Counted from the stretch's first letter, positions 20,975 to 30,928 are shown. The stretch: 64,000 nt of DNA from Promethearchaeota archaeon Loki_b32 (GCA_005223125.1 NJBH01000014.1:26202-90201), one strand, 5' to 3'. The notes: generated from the letters alone by a model not told the origin. Numbers and translations are program-made.

Positions 20975-22254
20975 AATCTTTTGAGTATCTAAAACGCCGA
21001 TTTAAGGAATATTATAAAGATAATAAAGAGAAGATACCTTTAGTTAGTTTATTCGATCAAAGAGAATTTGGCTTTATTCCATGGGATCAACAAATAAGGA
21101 TGATTAGACATATGGGTTTTGCAACAAGGGATAATTTAATAAAACATTTAATCAATAATGGACCCAGACATGTATATTCGAGTGGATCACTTTATTTAAA
21201 TCCAGAAAACAAAGATATGAAGAACAAGAGTTATCTAGGTTGCGATATAATTATCGATATTGATGTAGATCACTTTTACACTCCCTGTAAGGAGGATCAT
21301 GATATATGGTATTGTAAAGAGTGTGGAAAAAATGGAAAAGGAATGGTAGAAAAATGTCCAAATTGTAAAAAATCAAAATTGAAAAAATTAAATTGGATAT
21401 GTGAAAAGTGTCTAAATGTAGCTAAAAAAGAGATAATTAAGTTAATTTATGATTTTTTGATACCTGATTTCAATATTGATATTGAAAAAATGAAAATCGC
21501 TTTTTCAGGACATAGGGGATATCATTTGAAAATTGAAGATAATGACCTAAGAACATTATCAAGTGATGAGCGTAGGGAAATCATTGATTATATTACTGGG
21601 GAAGGAATTTCTTATGAAATTTTAGGCTTACGAAAAATGGGAGATAATATTTTTGGTTTTTCAAGAGAAACCATTGGCTGGTCTCAAAAAATTAATAGAA
21701 AAATTGAAGAAATTTTAAAAAAAACTAACATCGAAATCGAAACTCTATTATCAGATAAAAGAACATTTAATCTAAATAAAAATTTTATAGAAAATCTTCT
21801 AAACTATAAAAATAATTTTCTTAATATTATTGAAAGTGACAATATGAATAATTGGACTCTTGTAAATTCAAATTTAAATACGTGGTATAAATTTCTAGGG
21901 GCTATTGTTGAAGAAATTGGAATTGAAGTTGATGTACCAGTAGCGATAGATATTCATAGACTTATTAGATATCCTGGATCTTTACATGGTAAAACAGGAT
22001 TTAAGGTTCAAGAACTAAATCCTAATGATCTTGATGATTTTAATCCTTTAGATGAGCAAACTGAGAAATTAGATCCTATTGTATTTGTTAGCAAAGTACA
22101 AACTATTCAAAAATTAGAAATAATTGAATCTGATGTACCAGCAACAAAAATTAAAGGGGAAACGTTTGGACCATATAAATTAGGTGATAAAATTGAGATT
22201 CCTCATCATATTGCGGTTTTTTTATTATGTAAAGGAGTTGCTAAGTCCATATAA
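20971..22254 (+). CDS. priS: DNA primase small (catalytic) subunit
   Basis: REFGF, DIDVD, FSGHRGYH, RLIRYPGSLHGKTG. Confidence 0.96.
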   Translation: MKSFEYLKRRFKEYYKDNKEKIPLVSLFDQREFGFIPWDQQIRMIRHMGFATRDNLIKHLINNGPRHVYSSGSLYLNPENKDMKNKSYLGCDIIIDIDVDHFYTPCKEDHDIWYCKECGKNGKGMVEKCPNCKKSKLKKLNWICEKCLNVAKKEIIKLIYDFLIPDFNIDIEKMKIAFSGHRGYHLKIEDNDLRTLSSDERREIIDYITGEGISYEILGLRKMGDNIFGFSRETIGWSQKINRKIEEILKKTNIEIETLLSDKRTFNLNKNFIENLLNYKNNFLNIIESDNMNNWTLVNSNLNTWYKFLGAIVEEIGIEVDVPVAIDIHRLIRYPGSLHGKTGFKVQELNPNDLDDFNPLDEQTEKLDPIVFVSKVQTIQKLEIIESDVPATKIKGETFGPYKLGDKIEIPHHIAVFLLCKGVAKSI

Positions 22255-22314
22255 GTTAAAAAATTTAATATTAAGAACACTGTTTACTATATTAAACTGA
22301 AAAGTTCGATATTT

Positions 22315-22983
22315 ATGGATTTAAAAAAGGATTATAAGAAACTTTATCAGCAATGGCATAAAGAATTCAAACAAATTAAACTAACAGAGTTAAATCAAGA
22401 TCTTTTTAATCATTACAAAAAAATATTGAATTTCATCAATGAGTATAAGGAAGACAACTCGAATGAACTTAAGAATCTTATATTAAATTCTTATAAAGAA
22501 AATTTTAACTTCTTATTTGATGATTTTTTAAAGCTTCGGGAAGTTAAAATCATAAATTCTGCCTTAGCACTTAAAGAAATTAATTTAAATAATGTCATCG
22601 AAGCAGAAAAATTGTTTTATCAAAATTTAGTAGGTACAATCAAGGGATTTAAGAAAGTAAAAACACTTTCCCTTTACCAAGGAGAAAGCGAAATAAATCT
22701 TGAAGATCTAATTAAATCAGAAGTAAAAATAAAAGAAGATATTAAAGAAGTATCAATCTCGAATAAAAAAGAGAAAAGCCTAATTTCCGAATCTAACGAT
22801 TTAATTGATGAAGTGAAAATAGATTATACTCTCGTGAGATTTTTAAAAGAGACTCCTCCGTTAGTTGGGATTGATCTTATTAATTACGGGCCTTTTGAGA
22901 AAGAAGATATTGCTAATTTACCCCAGAAAAATGCTAAAATTCTTATGAATGAAAAATTTGCTGAAAAAATAGAACTTAATTAA
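22315..22983 (+). CDS. GINS complex subunit (Gins15/Gins51 type)
   Basis: LREVKI in the A domain; B domain VRFL...GIDLINYGPF..EDIANLP..NA; follows priS. Confidence 0.85.
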   Translation: MDLKKDYKKLYQQWHKEFKQIKLTELNQDLFNHYKKILNFINEYKEDNSNELKNLILNSYKENFNFLFDDFLKLREVKIINSALALKEINLNNVIEAEKLFYQNLVGTIKGFKKVKTLSLYQGESEINLEDLIKSEVKIKEDIKEVSISNKKEKSLISESNDLIDEVKIDYTLVRFLKETPPLVGIDLINYGPFEKEDIANLPQKNAKILMNEKFAEKIELN

Positions 22984-22985
22984 CT

Positions 22986-23171
22986 TTATTTAAATTTCTT
23001 TTCAAACTCTTCTTTAAAATATTGTAATCGATATTTTCCATATTTATCTATTGGAGAATACTTTGGAGGTCTTGGATTTACTAATTTATCTCCGCAATAA
23101 CGACACTTTGATTCTTGATTCTGCAGTCCATATCTATTACAATTCTTACACTTTTGGAGGTATTTAGTCAT
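22986..23171 (-). CDS. nop10: H/ACA RNP protein Nop10
   Basis: CKNC..Y.L...CRYCG...PPKYSPIDKYGKYR; downstream of aIF2a. Confidence 0.93.
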   Translation of the reverse strand: MTKYLQKCKNCNRYGLQNQESKCRYCGDKLVNPRPPKYSPIDKYGKYRLQYFKEEFEKKFK

Positions 23172-23237
23172 TCTTATGTCATATAATTAATTTTGAATTA
23201 GTATTGAATTTTGCTAACAATCCTACAGAATTATAAA

Positions 23238-24059
23238 TCAATCGCGTTCAAACGAAAAACTACCATTATATTTTTCAACTTTCTGTTCTATAATTTCTAA
23301 GGCATCTGATAAAATATTCTCTGCATCTAAATAATCCTTTGAAACTATTTCTAATCGATAAAATGGAGCTGCTATATAATTAATATTAATGCTTCTCGTT
23401 TCTTTTTCCTCTATTATCTTCAGTGCTTCTAATAATGACTCTTTAATTTGTTCTATCCCATTCTCTGAGTTGAATGAAAGCCTTACTCTCCCAGATATAC
23501 TTACTGTAGAAATGCTTACATTTTCTTCGATTATTTTCAATAAAGCTTTTTTGATATCTTCTGTCATACCATCTAATTTCGATAGTAATTCCACTCCATT
23601 TTCTTTAAGATTTTCGATAGTCTCTTGATATGAATCAAAAATCTCTCGAACTGGAAAACCAATTAATTCATACGCTTTATCAAGCGTAATATTAATTCCC
23701 TCTGTTTCTGTAAGAAATTGAAGCAAGTTTTCATATTTTAAAGCATATTTCCATTCCTTTATTCGATTTTCCTTTTGAGCAGAATTAACTCTTCGTAATG
23801 ATAAATCTACATGTCCTTTATCTGCATCTACTCTTAATACTCGCAGAACTATTCGTTGACCAATTCGAACATAATTACGAATATTTTTAATCCATCGAGA
23901 ACTTATTTCTGAGATATGTATCATACCTCTAGCACTCGCATCATAATCCAGTCCTTCAAAATCAATTAAATCAACATATACATATTGCTTTTGAACTTCT
24001 GTTACTTTTGCAACCACAAATTCTCCTTCCCTAGGGAATTTTGATTTACTTTTTACCAT
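23238..24059 (-). CDS. eif2a: Translation initiation factor 2 alpha subunit
   Basis: S1 domain FPREGEFVV...HISEISSRWIKNI...VLRVD..KGHVDLSLRRV; C-terminal AAPFYR. Confidence 0.96.
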   Translation of the reverse strand: MVKSKSKFPREGEFVVAKVTEVQKQYVYVDLIDFEGLDYDASARGMIHISEISSRWIKNIRNYVRIGQRIVLRVLRVDADKGHVDLSLRRVNSAQKENRIKEWKYALKYENLLQFLTETEGINITLDKAYELIGFPVREIFDSYQETIENLKENGVELLSKLDGMTEDIKKALLKIIEENVSISTVSISGRVRLSFNSENGIEQIKESLLEALKIIEEKETRSININYIAAPFYRLEIVSKDYLDAENILSDALEIIEQKVEKYNGSFSFERD

Positions 24060-24248
24060 TGTAGTGATAAAACTATAGATTATTATTTAATTTTTATAAA
24101 ATCTTATTTTTATTTAATGAACTATAATTTTTTATTTTTTTCATCTTTCAAATAAAAAAAGAAAAAAAACAGTGATTATAAAATTCCTAATTGGTTTATT
24201 CATAACAAATGGGCTAAAAAAGCAGGCATAAAAACAAATATAGCGAAT

Positions 24249-24659
24249 ATGGTAAATAGAACTCTAGATTACGGGTTCAATTGGACCCTATATCAAGAAG
24301 ATGACGCAACTATTGAGGATTATGATGATAGTATTATTTCTCTACAGTTGAAGCATTTTACTGAAAAAGAAAAAAATAAGAAAGGGTATATTAAAGCACT
24401 TTACTTACATCATCTTCTGGATTTCTTCAAGGAAACATATGTCAATATTTATAACCTTGAATTAGTTTTTGAAAAATTTTTACAGAATAAAGTTTTAATT
24501 GAAATAACTGATACAGAAGGAAATCACATTAATTTTCAAGAAGAAATACAAGAAATATTCCAATTATTAAGAGAAAATAAGGAAGAACTATATATTGATC
24601 TTAAAGGACAATATTTACCTGAATTAGAAAAATCAAAAAATAGAAAACATGAAAATTAA
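24249..24659 (+). CDS. Hypothetical protein
   Basis: 136-aa ORF with plausible composition; LHHLLD motif; family not recognised. Confidence 0.5.
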   Translation: MVNRTLDYGFNWTLYQEDDATIEDYDDSIISLQLKHFTEKEKNKKGYIKALYLHHLLDFFKETYVNIYNLELVFEKFLQNKVLIEITDTEGNHINFQEEIQEIFQLLRENKEELYIDLKGQYLPELEKSKNRKHEN

Positions 24660-24686
24660 TAGATTTATGTCAAGAAATTTCATATT

Positions 24687-26552
24687 TTATAGATATTGAG
24701 AAACCCACTCTACATCTAATTCTTGCAATTTAGTTTTTGTAGGGATCCCTTCTTCTGTCCATCCCATCATCTTATAATACATTAGTATCGCGTTTTTTAA
24801 CTTATCTGGTTCAATTTTTGTTTCTGCAAGTGCTCCTGATGTATGAGGTTGGAAAAATCTTTCAGGCAACCAATCTTCATTTTTAGAAAAACCCTCTCTT
24901 ATATTAAAAACCCTAGCCATCGTGGTAATCCTCTCTCCTACCTTCATCAATTCCCAAGATGAAGTATACCAACCAGTCACAGCCCTAACAATCTCGGGTA
25001 TATCAATATAATCCCAAGGCAAAAAATAACATATCAGTAACGCATTAGATAAATTTCGCCAATTACTATAGTATGTTAAAATTCTAACCTTCTTTGCTCC
25101 TAAATCATCCATCTCTAATGGTTCTAAAATACCTAAAGCACTATGAAGAGCTATAGCTCTTTCACTTATAAAAGAAGTATCGTGCATATTTGCCATATGT
25201 TCCGCGCCAGTAGGTGAAATTGTATAGCCAACACCTAATCCTTGTTTTAATCGAGGTTCATGCATTGGAATTTCCTGACCCTTTACATGCATAGCAAACT
25301 TATCTGCTCCCATCTTTATTTTTTCAGCGGCCCTTTTAACACCTTCTGCTAAAATATCACCTAAACCTTCACGTTTAGCAATCATTTCAACCATCTGGAT
25401 CATAGCTTCAGCATTTCCAAAATTTAATTTTATACCGTTAGTATCTTTATCAGTTAAAATTCCATTCTCATAACATTCCATTGCAAATCCTATAGATACT
25501 CCTGTTGAAATTGTATCTAATGAATTTTTATTACAAAGCTCATTTGCCTTGCAAACTGCTTTTATATCATCTATTCCACAATTGGAACCGAAAGCACCTA
25601 TTGATTCATATTCAGGACCTCCGTAGAGAGGGTCGACTTCCCAAGGCTCTTTAATCTCTACAACTTTTTTACACCTAATTGAACACGCATAACAAGCATC
25701 CATTGTAAGGTTAATTTCCTCTTTCATAATACTGGGATCTAAAGCTTTAGCTCCAGAAAAATTACCATCTCTAAAATTTCGAGTTGGAAGATTACCTGAT
25801 TCAGCAAACATTTCCATTATCCCTCCTCCTGTACCATGCTCAAAATAACCTGCATATGTTTTATACGCCACATCGTGATACTCTTTAATTTTCACTCTTA
25901 ATTTTTCTTTATTATTGACTTCAAGCTTCTTATGACCTCTAACGGCAACTGCTTTTAGATTCTTTGAACCCATTACAGCACCCAACCCACCACGGCCAGC
26001 AGCATTTCGTAAATCATTAATAATACATGCATAACGGACTAAACGTTCTCCTCCTGGCCCGATTTGAGCTACACGGACTAATTTATCACCCAACTCTTTT
26101 TGTATAATTTCTTCAGCTTTACCAGTGATTTTCCCCCAAAGATGAGTCGCATCCTTAATCTCTGCTTTACCATCATTGATCCACAAATATACAGGATTTT
26201 TGGCCTTTCCCTCTACTATAATAGCATCAAATCCAGCATGTTTCAATTCAGCCCCCCAATGACCTCCAACTTCAGCTTCACCAAAACCGCCTGTTAAAGG
26301 AGACTTAGCACCAACGCTGTTTCTACCAGTACCTGGTATCGCAAATCCAGTTAAAGGACCAGTAGCAAAAATAAGCTTATTTTCAGGACTTAATGGGTCA
26401 ATCCCAACTTTTAATTCCTTTAGAAGAAAATATGCTACGAAACCTTCTCCACCAATATATCTTCTGCAAAAAATCTCATCTAAATTTTCAATTGAGATTT
26501 TTTCTTTTGTTAAATCTACTCTAAGAATATTACCAGTGTATCCATTTACCAT
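24687..26552 (-). CDS. aor: Tungsten-dependent aldehyde:ferredoxin oxidoreductase family protein
   Basis: GY.G.ILRVDL, KSPLTG, AAGRGGLGAVMGSKNLKA, CYACSIRC, GPEYE, LDTIS. Confidence 0.95.
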   Translation of the reverse strand: MVNGYTGNILRVDLTKEKISIENLDEIFCRRYIGGEGFVAYFLLKELKVGIDPLSPENKLIFATGPLTGFAIPGTGRNSVGAKSPLTGGFGEAEVGGHWGAELKHAGFDAIIVEGKAKNPVYLWINDGKAEIKDATHLWGKITGKAEEIIQKELGDKLVRVAQIGPGGERLVRYACIINDLRNAAGRGGLGAVMGSKNLKAVAVRGHKKLEVNNKEKLRVKIKEYHDVAYKTYAGYFEHGTGGGIMEMFAESGNLPTRNFRDGNFSGAKALDPSIMKEEINLTMDACYACSIRCKKVVEIKEPWEVDPLYGGPEYESIGAFGSNCGIDDIKAVCKANELCNKNSLDTISTGVSIGFAMECYENGILTDKDTNGIKLNFGNAEAMIQMVEMIAKREGLGDILAEGVKRAAEKIKMGADKFAMHVKGQEIPMHEPRLKQGLGVGYTISPTGAEHMANMHDTSFISERAIALHSALGILEPLEMDDLGAKKVRILTYYSNWRNLSNALLICYFLPWDYIDIPEIVRAVTGWYTSSWELMKVGERITTMARVFNIREGFSKNEDWLPERFFQPHTSGALAETKIEPDKLKNAILMYYKMMGWTEEGIPTKTKLQELDVEWVSQYL

Positions 26553-26932
26553 TTATAACCCATTTTCATAATAAATTTTTAAATATTATATAGTTAAATT
26601 TCATCAAACTTATATAACTTATTCATGTCAAAACTCAAAATTCAACTTATTTTAGTTTTATTTCATAATTTAGTTTTAAACCAAATGTCACTATATTTGA
26701 AAATTGAAGATTCGAGGTAATAATTATTAAAATGAAATTTGATATTAGTAAAGAAGAGTTCATGAAATGGGACATTCATTAAAAAATAAAGGTATTAAAA
26801 ATTCCAATATCATTCATACTGAATGCTAAAATATAGTAAAAAATATAAATTCATAGACATTCACAATTAACATCTAATAAAAATTAATTACATTTAATAT
26901 TTTAAAAATTATTAATTAATGAATGATTAAAA

Positions 26933-28255
26933 ATGAGTTCAAAACAAAAAGACCATTTAAATTTGGTAATCATTGGGCATATAGATCATGGAAAATCAAC
27001 CATGATGGGAGCCTTACTCATCGAAACTGGGGCTGTATCTGATAGGGAAGCACGAGAATTAGAAAAACTCGCAAAAGAATACGACCGAGATTCTTGGTCT
27101 TATGCTTTTGTTTTTGATAGATTAAAAGAGGAGAGACAGCGAGGCATTACGATTGATTTAGCTTTCCGTAAGTTTGAAACCAAGTCAAAGTACTTCACAA
27201 TCATCGATGCACCAGGTCATGCAGACTTCGTAAAAAATATGATTACCGGTGCGTCTCAAGCTGATGCTGCCATCCTAGTTGTTTCTGGTAAGAAAGGAGA
27301 AATGGAGGTTGGAATCGCAGCTAATGGACAAACTCGTGAACATGCTTATTTAGCACAAACTTTAGGTGTAAAACAATTAGTTGTCGCTATCAATAAAGCT
27401 GATGTTTACAATTATTCTGAGGAACGATTTAATGAATGCAAGGATTCAGTTGGTGATCTTCTTAAAAGCATTGGTTTCAAGGATGTAAATTACATTCCAA
27501 CCTCAGGAATGGCCATGGATAATTTGTCAAAGAAGAGTGATAAATTATCTTGGTATGATGGTCCAACTTTAATTGATGCAATTGATCAATTTGTCCTTCC
27601 TGAAAAACCAACTGGTAAACCATTAAGGCTTCCTATTCAAGACTCCTATTCAATCAAAGGGACAGGTGTTGTCCCGGTTGGTAGAGTAGAGACCGGAATT
27701 TTAAAGCAAGGAGATAAAATAGTTATTATGCCAACTGGTTTTGAAGGAGAGGTTCGAAGCATAGAAATGCATCATGAAGAGATTCCACAAGCAATTCCTG
27801 GAGACAACATAGGTTTTAGTATTAGGGGTATTACCCTTCAAGATGCGAGTCGTGGCGATTGTCTTGGCCATCCTAAGGACCCACCTACTGTAATTACACC
27901 TAATGGAAAATGGACAGGACAAATCATTGTTATTTGGCATCCTACTGCACTTGCTCAAGGTTACACACCAGTAGTTCACGCTCACACAGCACAAGTAGCA
28001 GCAAAGTTTACTAGTCTATTAAAGAAGCTTGATCAAAAAACTGGAGCTGTTATTGAAGATTCTCCAAAGTTTCTCAAGAAAAATGAATCTGCTATTGTTG
28101 AACTACAGCCGATTAAAAAAATGTGCCTTGAAAAATATAACGACTTTCCAGAAATGGGTCGATTTGCTGTACGCGATATGGGAAGAACCGTCGCGGTTGG
28201 GATTGTAAAAGATATAGAAGTAGGTATCGTCAAAGATATTGACACAGACGCATAA
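26933..28255 (+). CDS. tuf: Elongation factor 1-alpha
   Basis: GHIDHGKST, ERQRGITID, DAPGH, NKAD, GRFAVRDMG. Confidence 0.99.
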   Translation: MSSKQKDHLNLVIIGHIDHGKSTMMGALLIETGAVSDREARELEKLAKEYDRDSWSYAFVFDRLKEERQRGITIDLAFRKFETKSKYFTIIDAPGHADFVKNMITGASQADAAILVVSGKKGEMEVGIAANGQTREHAYLAQTLGVKQLVVAINKADVYNYSEERFNECKDSVGDLLKSIGFKDVNYIPTSGMAMDNLSKKSDKLSWYDGPTLIDAIDQFVLPEKPTGKPLRLPIQDSYSIKGTGVVPVGRVETGILKQGDKIVIMPTGFEGEVRSIEMHHEEIPQAIPGDNIGFSIRGITLQDASRGDCLGHPKDPPTVITPNGKWTGQIIVIWHPTALAQGYTPVVHAHTAQVAAKFTSLLKKLDQKTGAVIEDSPKFLKKNESAIVELQPIKKMCLEKYNDFPEMGRFAVRDMGRTVAVGIVKDIEVGIVKDIDTDA

Positions 28256-28504
28256 AAAAACTTATATTTGAAATTTTTTATTCTATTATTATTTTTAATT
28301 GACTATTTTTTTAATTCTATCAAAATTTTCCGTCAAATTAGGCTTTCTGCATATTTGATAGAATTTTAGTTCATAAATTTTAAATTAAAATTACATTTTT
28401 TTTACATTCTATTGAAATATTCCCATGATACACGAATATTATTTTCTTTTTTGTAGCTTTATTTGCCTTTTCTACATAAGAAGGTTGTATTTAGAAAAGG
28501 TTGA

Positions 28505-28984
28505 TTTAAAGTTCATACAACAAAACAAAAAATTTGCCTATTGGGATTAAGTAGCGTTGGAAAATCATCACTAGTATCTTTACTTCAAGGACGAGAAAGA
28601 CCGAAAGAAAGAAATCCGACAGTAGGATTAGATATTGAGAATTCTGTACTCAATGGGAAAAAGGTGAATATTTGGGATTTTGGAGGCCAAGAACGTTATC
28701 ACTTTATGTGGCAAGATTTCTTAAGAGGTGCAGGCTTGACTGTTTTAGTATGTGATTCTACAGAAGATAATATTGAAAAAACTAAAGACATAATTAAGAA
28801 GTTTTCACGATATATGGATACTAAAATTATTGCTATAGCAAATAAACAAGATCTCCCAGGTGCGTTAAAAGCAAAGAAAGTTCAGAAAAAATTAGGTATT
28901 CCAACATATGGAATGTCTGCCATCAGATTGGACTTACGAGATAGAATGCGTGAAATTTTGGAATATGAAATTGAAAAAGATTAG
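28505..28984 (+). CDS. Small GTPase (Arf/Rab-like, Asgard type); start codon unresolved
   Basis: KICLLGLSSVGKSS (G1), PTVG (G2), WDFGGQ (G3), NKQD (G4), SA (G5). The frame opens after a TGA at 28502 and has no start codon before the G1 strand. Confidence 0.8.
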   Translation, partial: FKVHTTKQKICLLGLSSVGKSSLVSLLQGRERPKERNPTVGLDIENSVLNGKKVNIWDFGGQERYHFMWQDFLRGAGLTVLVCDSTEDNIEKTKDIIKKFSRYMDTKIIAIANKQDLPGALKAKKVQKKLGIPTYGMSAIRLDLRDRMREILEYEIEKD

Positions 28985-28999
28985 ATAAACTTTAAACTC

Positions 29000-29560
29000 T
29001 CAAAAAATTTTTCCAATTAAGTGTGCCATTCTCACTGATTCTGGTAATTTGGAATCTATACATATTTTTTCTAAAAGAGACTCGACTTTTTTAACGCTAA
29101 TACCCTTGCAATGAAAAAATAATTTTGATATACCGCCTGCTGTATTTATATCTGTTTTATATAAATTTCCCGCATCAATAATATACCTTAATTTATTATC
29201 ATAAGTATTAGGAAATTTACTTTTTAGAGCATTTTTCACAGAATCAAAATTCACTTCTCGTTCTGTTATAGCGATAATAGGCTTTCCTGTTTCAGTATAA
29301 ATATCAGTTAAATTAACAAGATTAAACCCACCAAAAGTGATTGTATGGGTTAAAACATATTGTACGTGTTTTTCATTGTCTCTAACTAGTTTTATTAATT
29401 TTTCAGTCGCATCGTCACCATCTATCTTTATATCATCTCTTACAACTCTTACCATTCTTGTTCCTTGACAGACTACCCCAATTAATTGAGTTTTTTTAAC
29501 GTCTGTTTTTAACTTAAAAGTTGCATCGTCAAATCCAATTGTTATAGGATTATCTTTCAT
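29000..29560 (-). CDS. DUF99 family protein (endonuclease V-like fold)
   Basis: IGFDDA, DGDDAT, ITFGGFN, LPESVRMAHLI; usual neighbour of rpoL in archaea. Confidence 0.88.
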   Translation of the reverse strand: MKDNPITIGFDDATFKLKTDVKKTQLIGVVCQGTRMVRVVRDDIKIDGDDATEKLIKLVRDNEKHVQYVLTHTITFGGFNLVNLTDIYTETGKPIIAITEREVNFDSVKNALKSKFPNTYDNKLRYIIDAGNLYKTDINTAGGISKLFFHCKGISVKKVESLLEKICIDSKLPESVRMAHLIGKIF

Positions 29561-29564
29561 TTTT

Positions 29565-30017
29565 CTAATTTTCAGGAAGAAATTTTTTAATATACTTCAA
29601 AAGGTTAGTAAATGCGATTGTAACTTTTTCGATTTCTTCAGCTCTATTATATAGATCGCCCGAAAGATTGTCTACTAAGAAATTAATAATGTCAGATAGT
29701 GTCATTTTATTACTAAGCCACACATAAGCCAATATAGCTTCAACAGTATCAGCAAGATCATGAGCATTAGCTCTAGTTTTTGCAAATCTTTTCATATCTG
29801 CATTTTTTAGGGCGGACCCTAAAATTATTTTACTTACTTTTTTTCCTGTTCTTATAATTTTATCGTTTTGATTATTATTTGTCAAATAAATGGATTTTGC
29901 CACAGAGTAAGCTAGGTTTACTATTCCATCACCAATTTTTGCCAAACCTTTGTCAGTTCCGATAACCTTTTGCGATTTATTCAAATTTAAATTGTTAATT
30001 AAAAACTTATAATCCAT
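29565..30017 (-). CDS. Archaeal ribonuclease III-like (mini-III) domain protein
   Basis: DKGLAKIGDGIVNLAYS...ADTVEAILAYVW RNase III signature. Confidence 0.82.
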   Translation of the reverse strand: MDYKFLINNLNLNKSQKVIGTDKGLAKIGDGIVNLAYSVAKSIYLTNNNQNDKIIRTGKKVSKIILGSALKNADMKRFAKTRANAHDLADTVEAILAYVWLSNKMTLSDIINFLVDNLSGDLYNRAEEIEKVTIAFTNLLKYIKKFLPEN

Positions 30018-30087
30018 TAAGATAAACCTTTTGCGATTTATTCAAATTTAAATCGTTAATTAAAAACTTGTAATCCATTAAGATAAA
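29965..30087. repeat. 61-bp tandem duplication covering the start of the RNase III-like gene
   Basis: accttttgcgatttattcaaatttaaat(t/c)gttaattaaaaactt(a/g)taatccattaagataa occurs twice, period 61, two mismatches. Confidence 0.92.
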
Positions 30088-30089
30088 TT

Positions 30090-30578
30090 TCAGGTGAGTT
30101 TTTTGAACAATTTTTGGACTTCAATAACCTCTTTTCTTAAGGATTCAATTCCTTTATATAAAATATCTTTAATTTTGTAATCCTTTGAATTTTCAAGACG
30201 TATAAAGACTGTTGGTGGTTCTATATTAGTTACCTTATAAGCAGCAACATTAACACCCTCTATTAATAGAAGATGTTTGACAAGAATATTAAGTAATCCA
30301 TGTGATTGTCCTTCAAGAAATATTTCATAATCATTTTCGCCTTGAATTTTCTTTATTTCTACATTGAGATATTTATAATCAGGAAATTTTGCTTCTTCTT
30401 CAATCTCAAATTCTTCTTCTTCCTCTTCCATTGTTTCTTCGAGAGATGCGGGTGCTGATACAGACTCCTCTTTTTCTTCGATCTTAGGATAAACACTTTC
30501 AATTTCTTCATCTTCTAATAAATCATCAATATCATCTTCTTCAGTATCTTTTGTTTTGACTGCTTTTTTTTTAGCCAT
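30090..30578 (-). CDS. rpoL: RNA polymerase subunit L (Rpo11) with an acidic N-terminal extension
   Basis: GQSHGLLNIL...V..AAYK...P core; csl4-rpoL synteny; ~65-aa Asp/Glu-rich leader. Confidence 0.88.
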   Translation of the reverse strand: MAKKKAVKTKDTEEDDIDDLLEDEEIESVYPKIEEKEESVSAPASLEETMEEEEEEFEIEEEAKFPDYKYLNVEIKKIQGENDYEIFLEGQSHGLLNILVKHLLLIEGVNVAAYKVTNIEPPTVFIRLENSKDYKIKDILYKGIESLRKEVIEVQKLFKKLT

Positions 30579-30672
30579 TCTTTAACTCCAAATGATTAGG
30601 ATTTGATAATCTTAATTAAAAATATACAAAATCAAATAAATTTTTTTTGGTTTTATAAAAAAAACTATTTTC

Positions 30673-30891
30673 TTACAAGTAACGATTTGCTAAATCTTTT
30701 AATCTTTCAGTTGCTAAATACTGGAGATCTCTTGAGCCAAAAAGTGTAATTTTTATGCTTTTTCCTTCAACAGAAACATTTAGATTAAGATAATTTATTT
30801 TTTTCTGAACATCTTCAAGAAATCGAATTACATTATCCAAATTACCGCTATTATTATAGAAATGAATTACTTTTTTACCAGTTTTTCTCAC
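30673..30891 (-). CDS. Small conserved hypothetical protein (possibly DUF2067-like)
   Basis: 72-aa ORF between csl4 and rpoL; family guess rests mainly on synteny. Confidence 0.55.
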   Translation of the reverse strand: MRKTGKKVIHFYNNSGNLDNVIRFLEDVQKKINYLNLNVSVEGKSIKITLFGSRDLQYLATERLKDLANRYL

Positions 30892-30928
30892 TAATACACA
30901 CTTAATTTTTGCACAATAAAAAGGGCAA

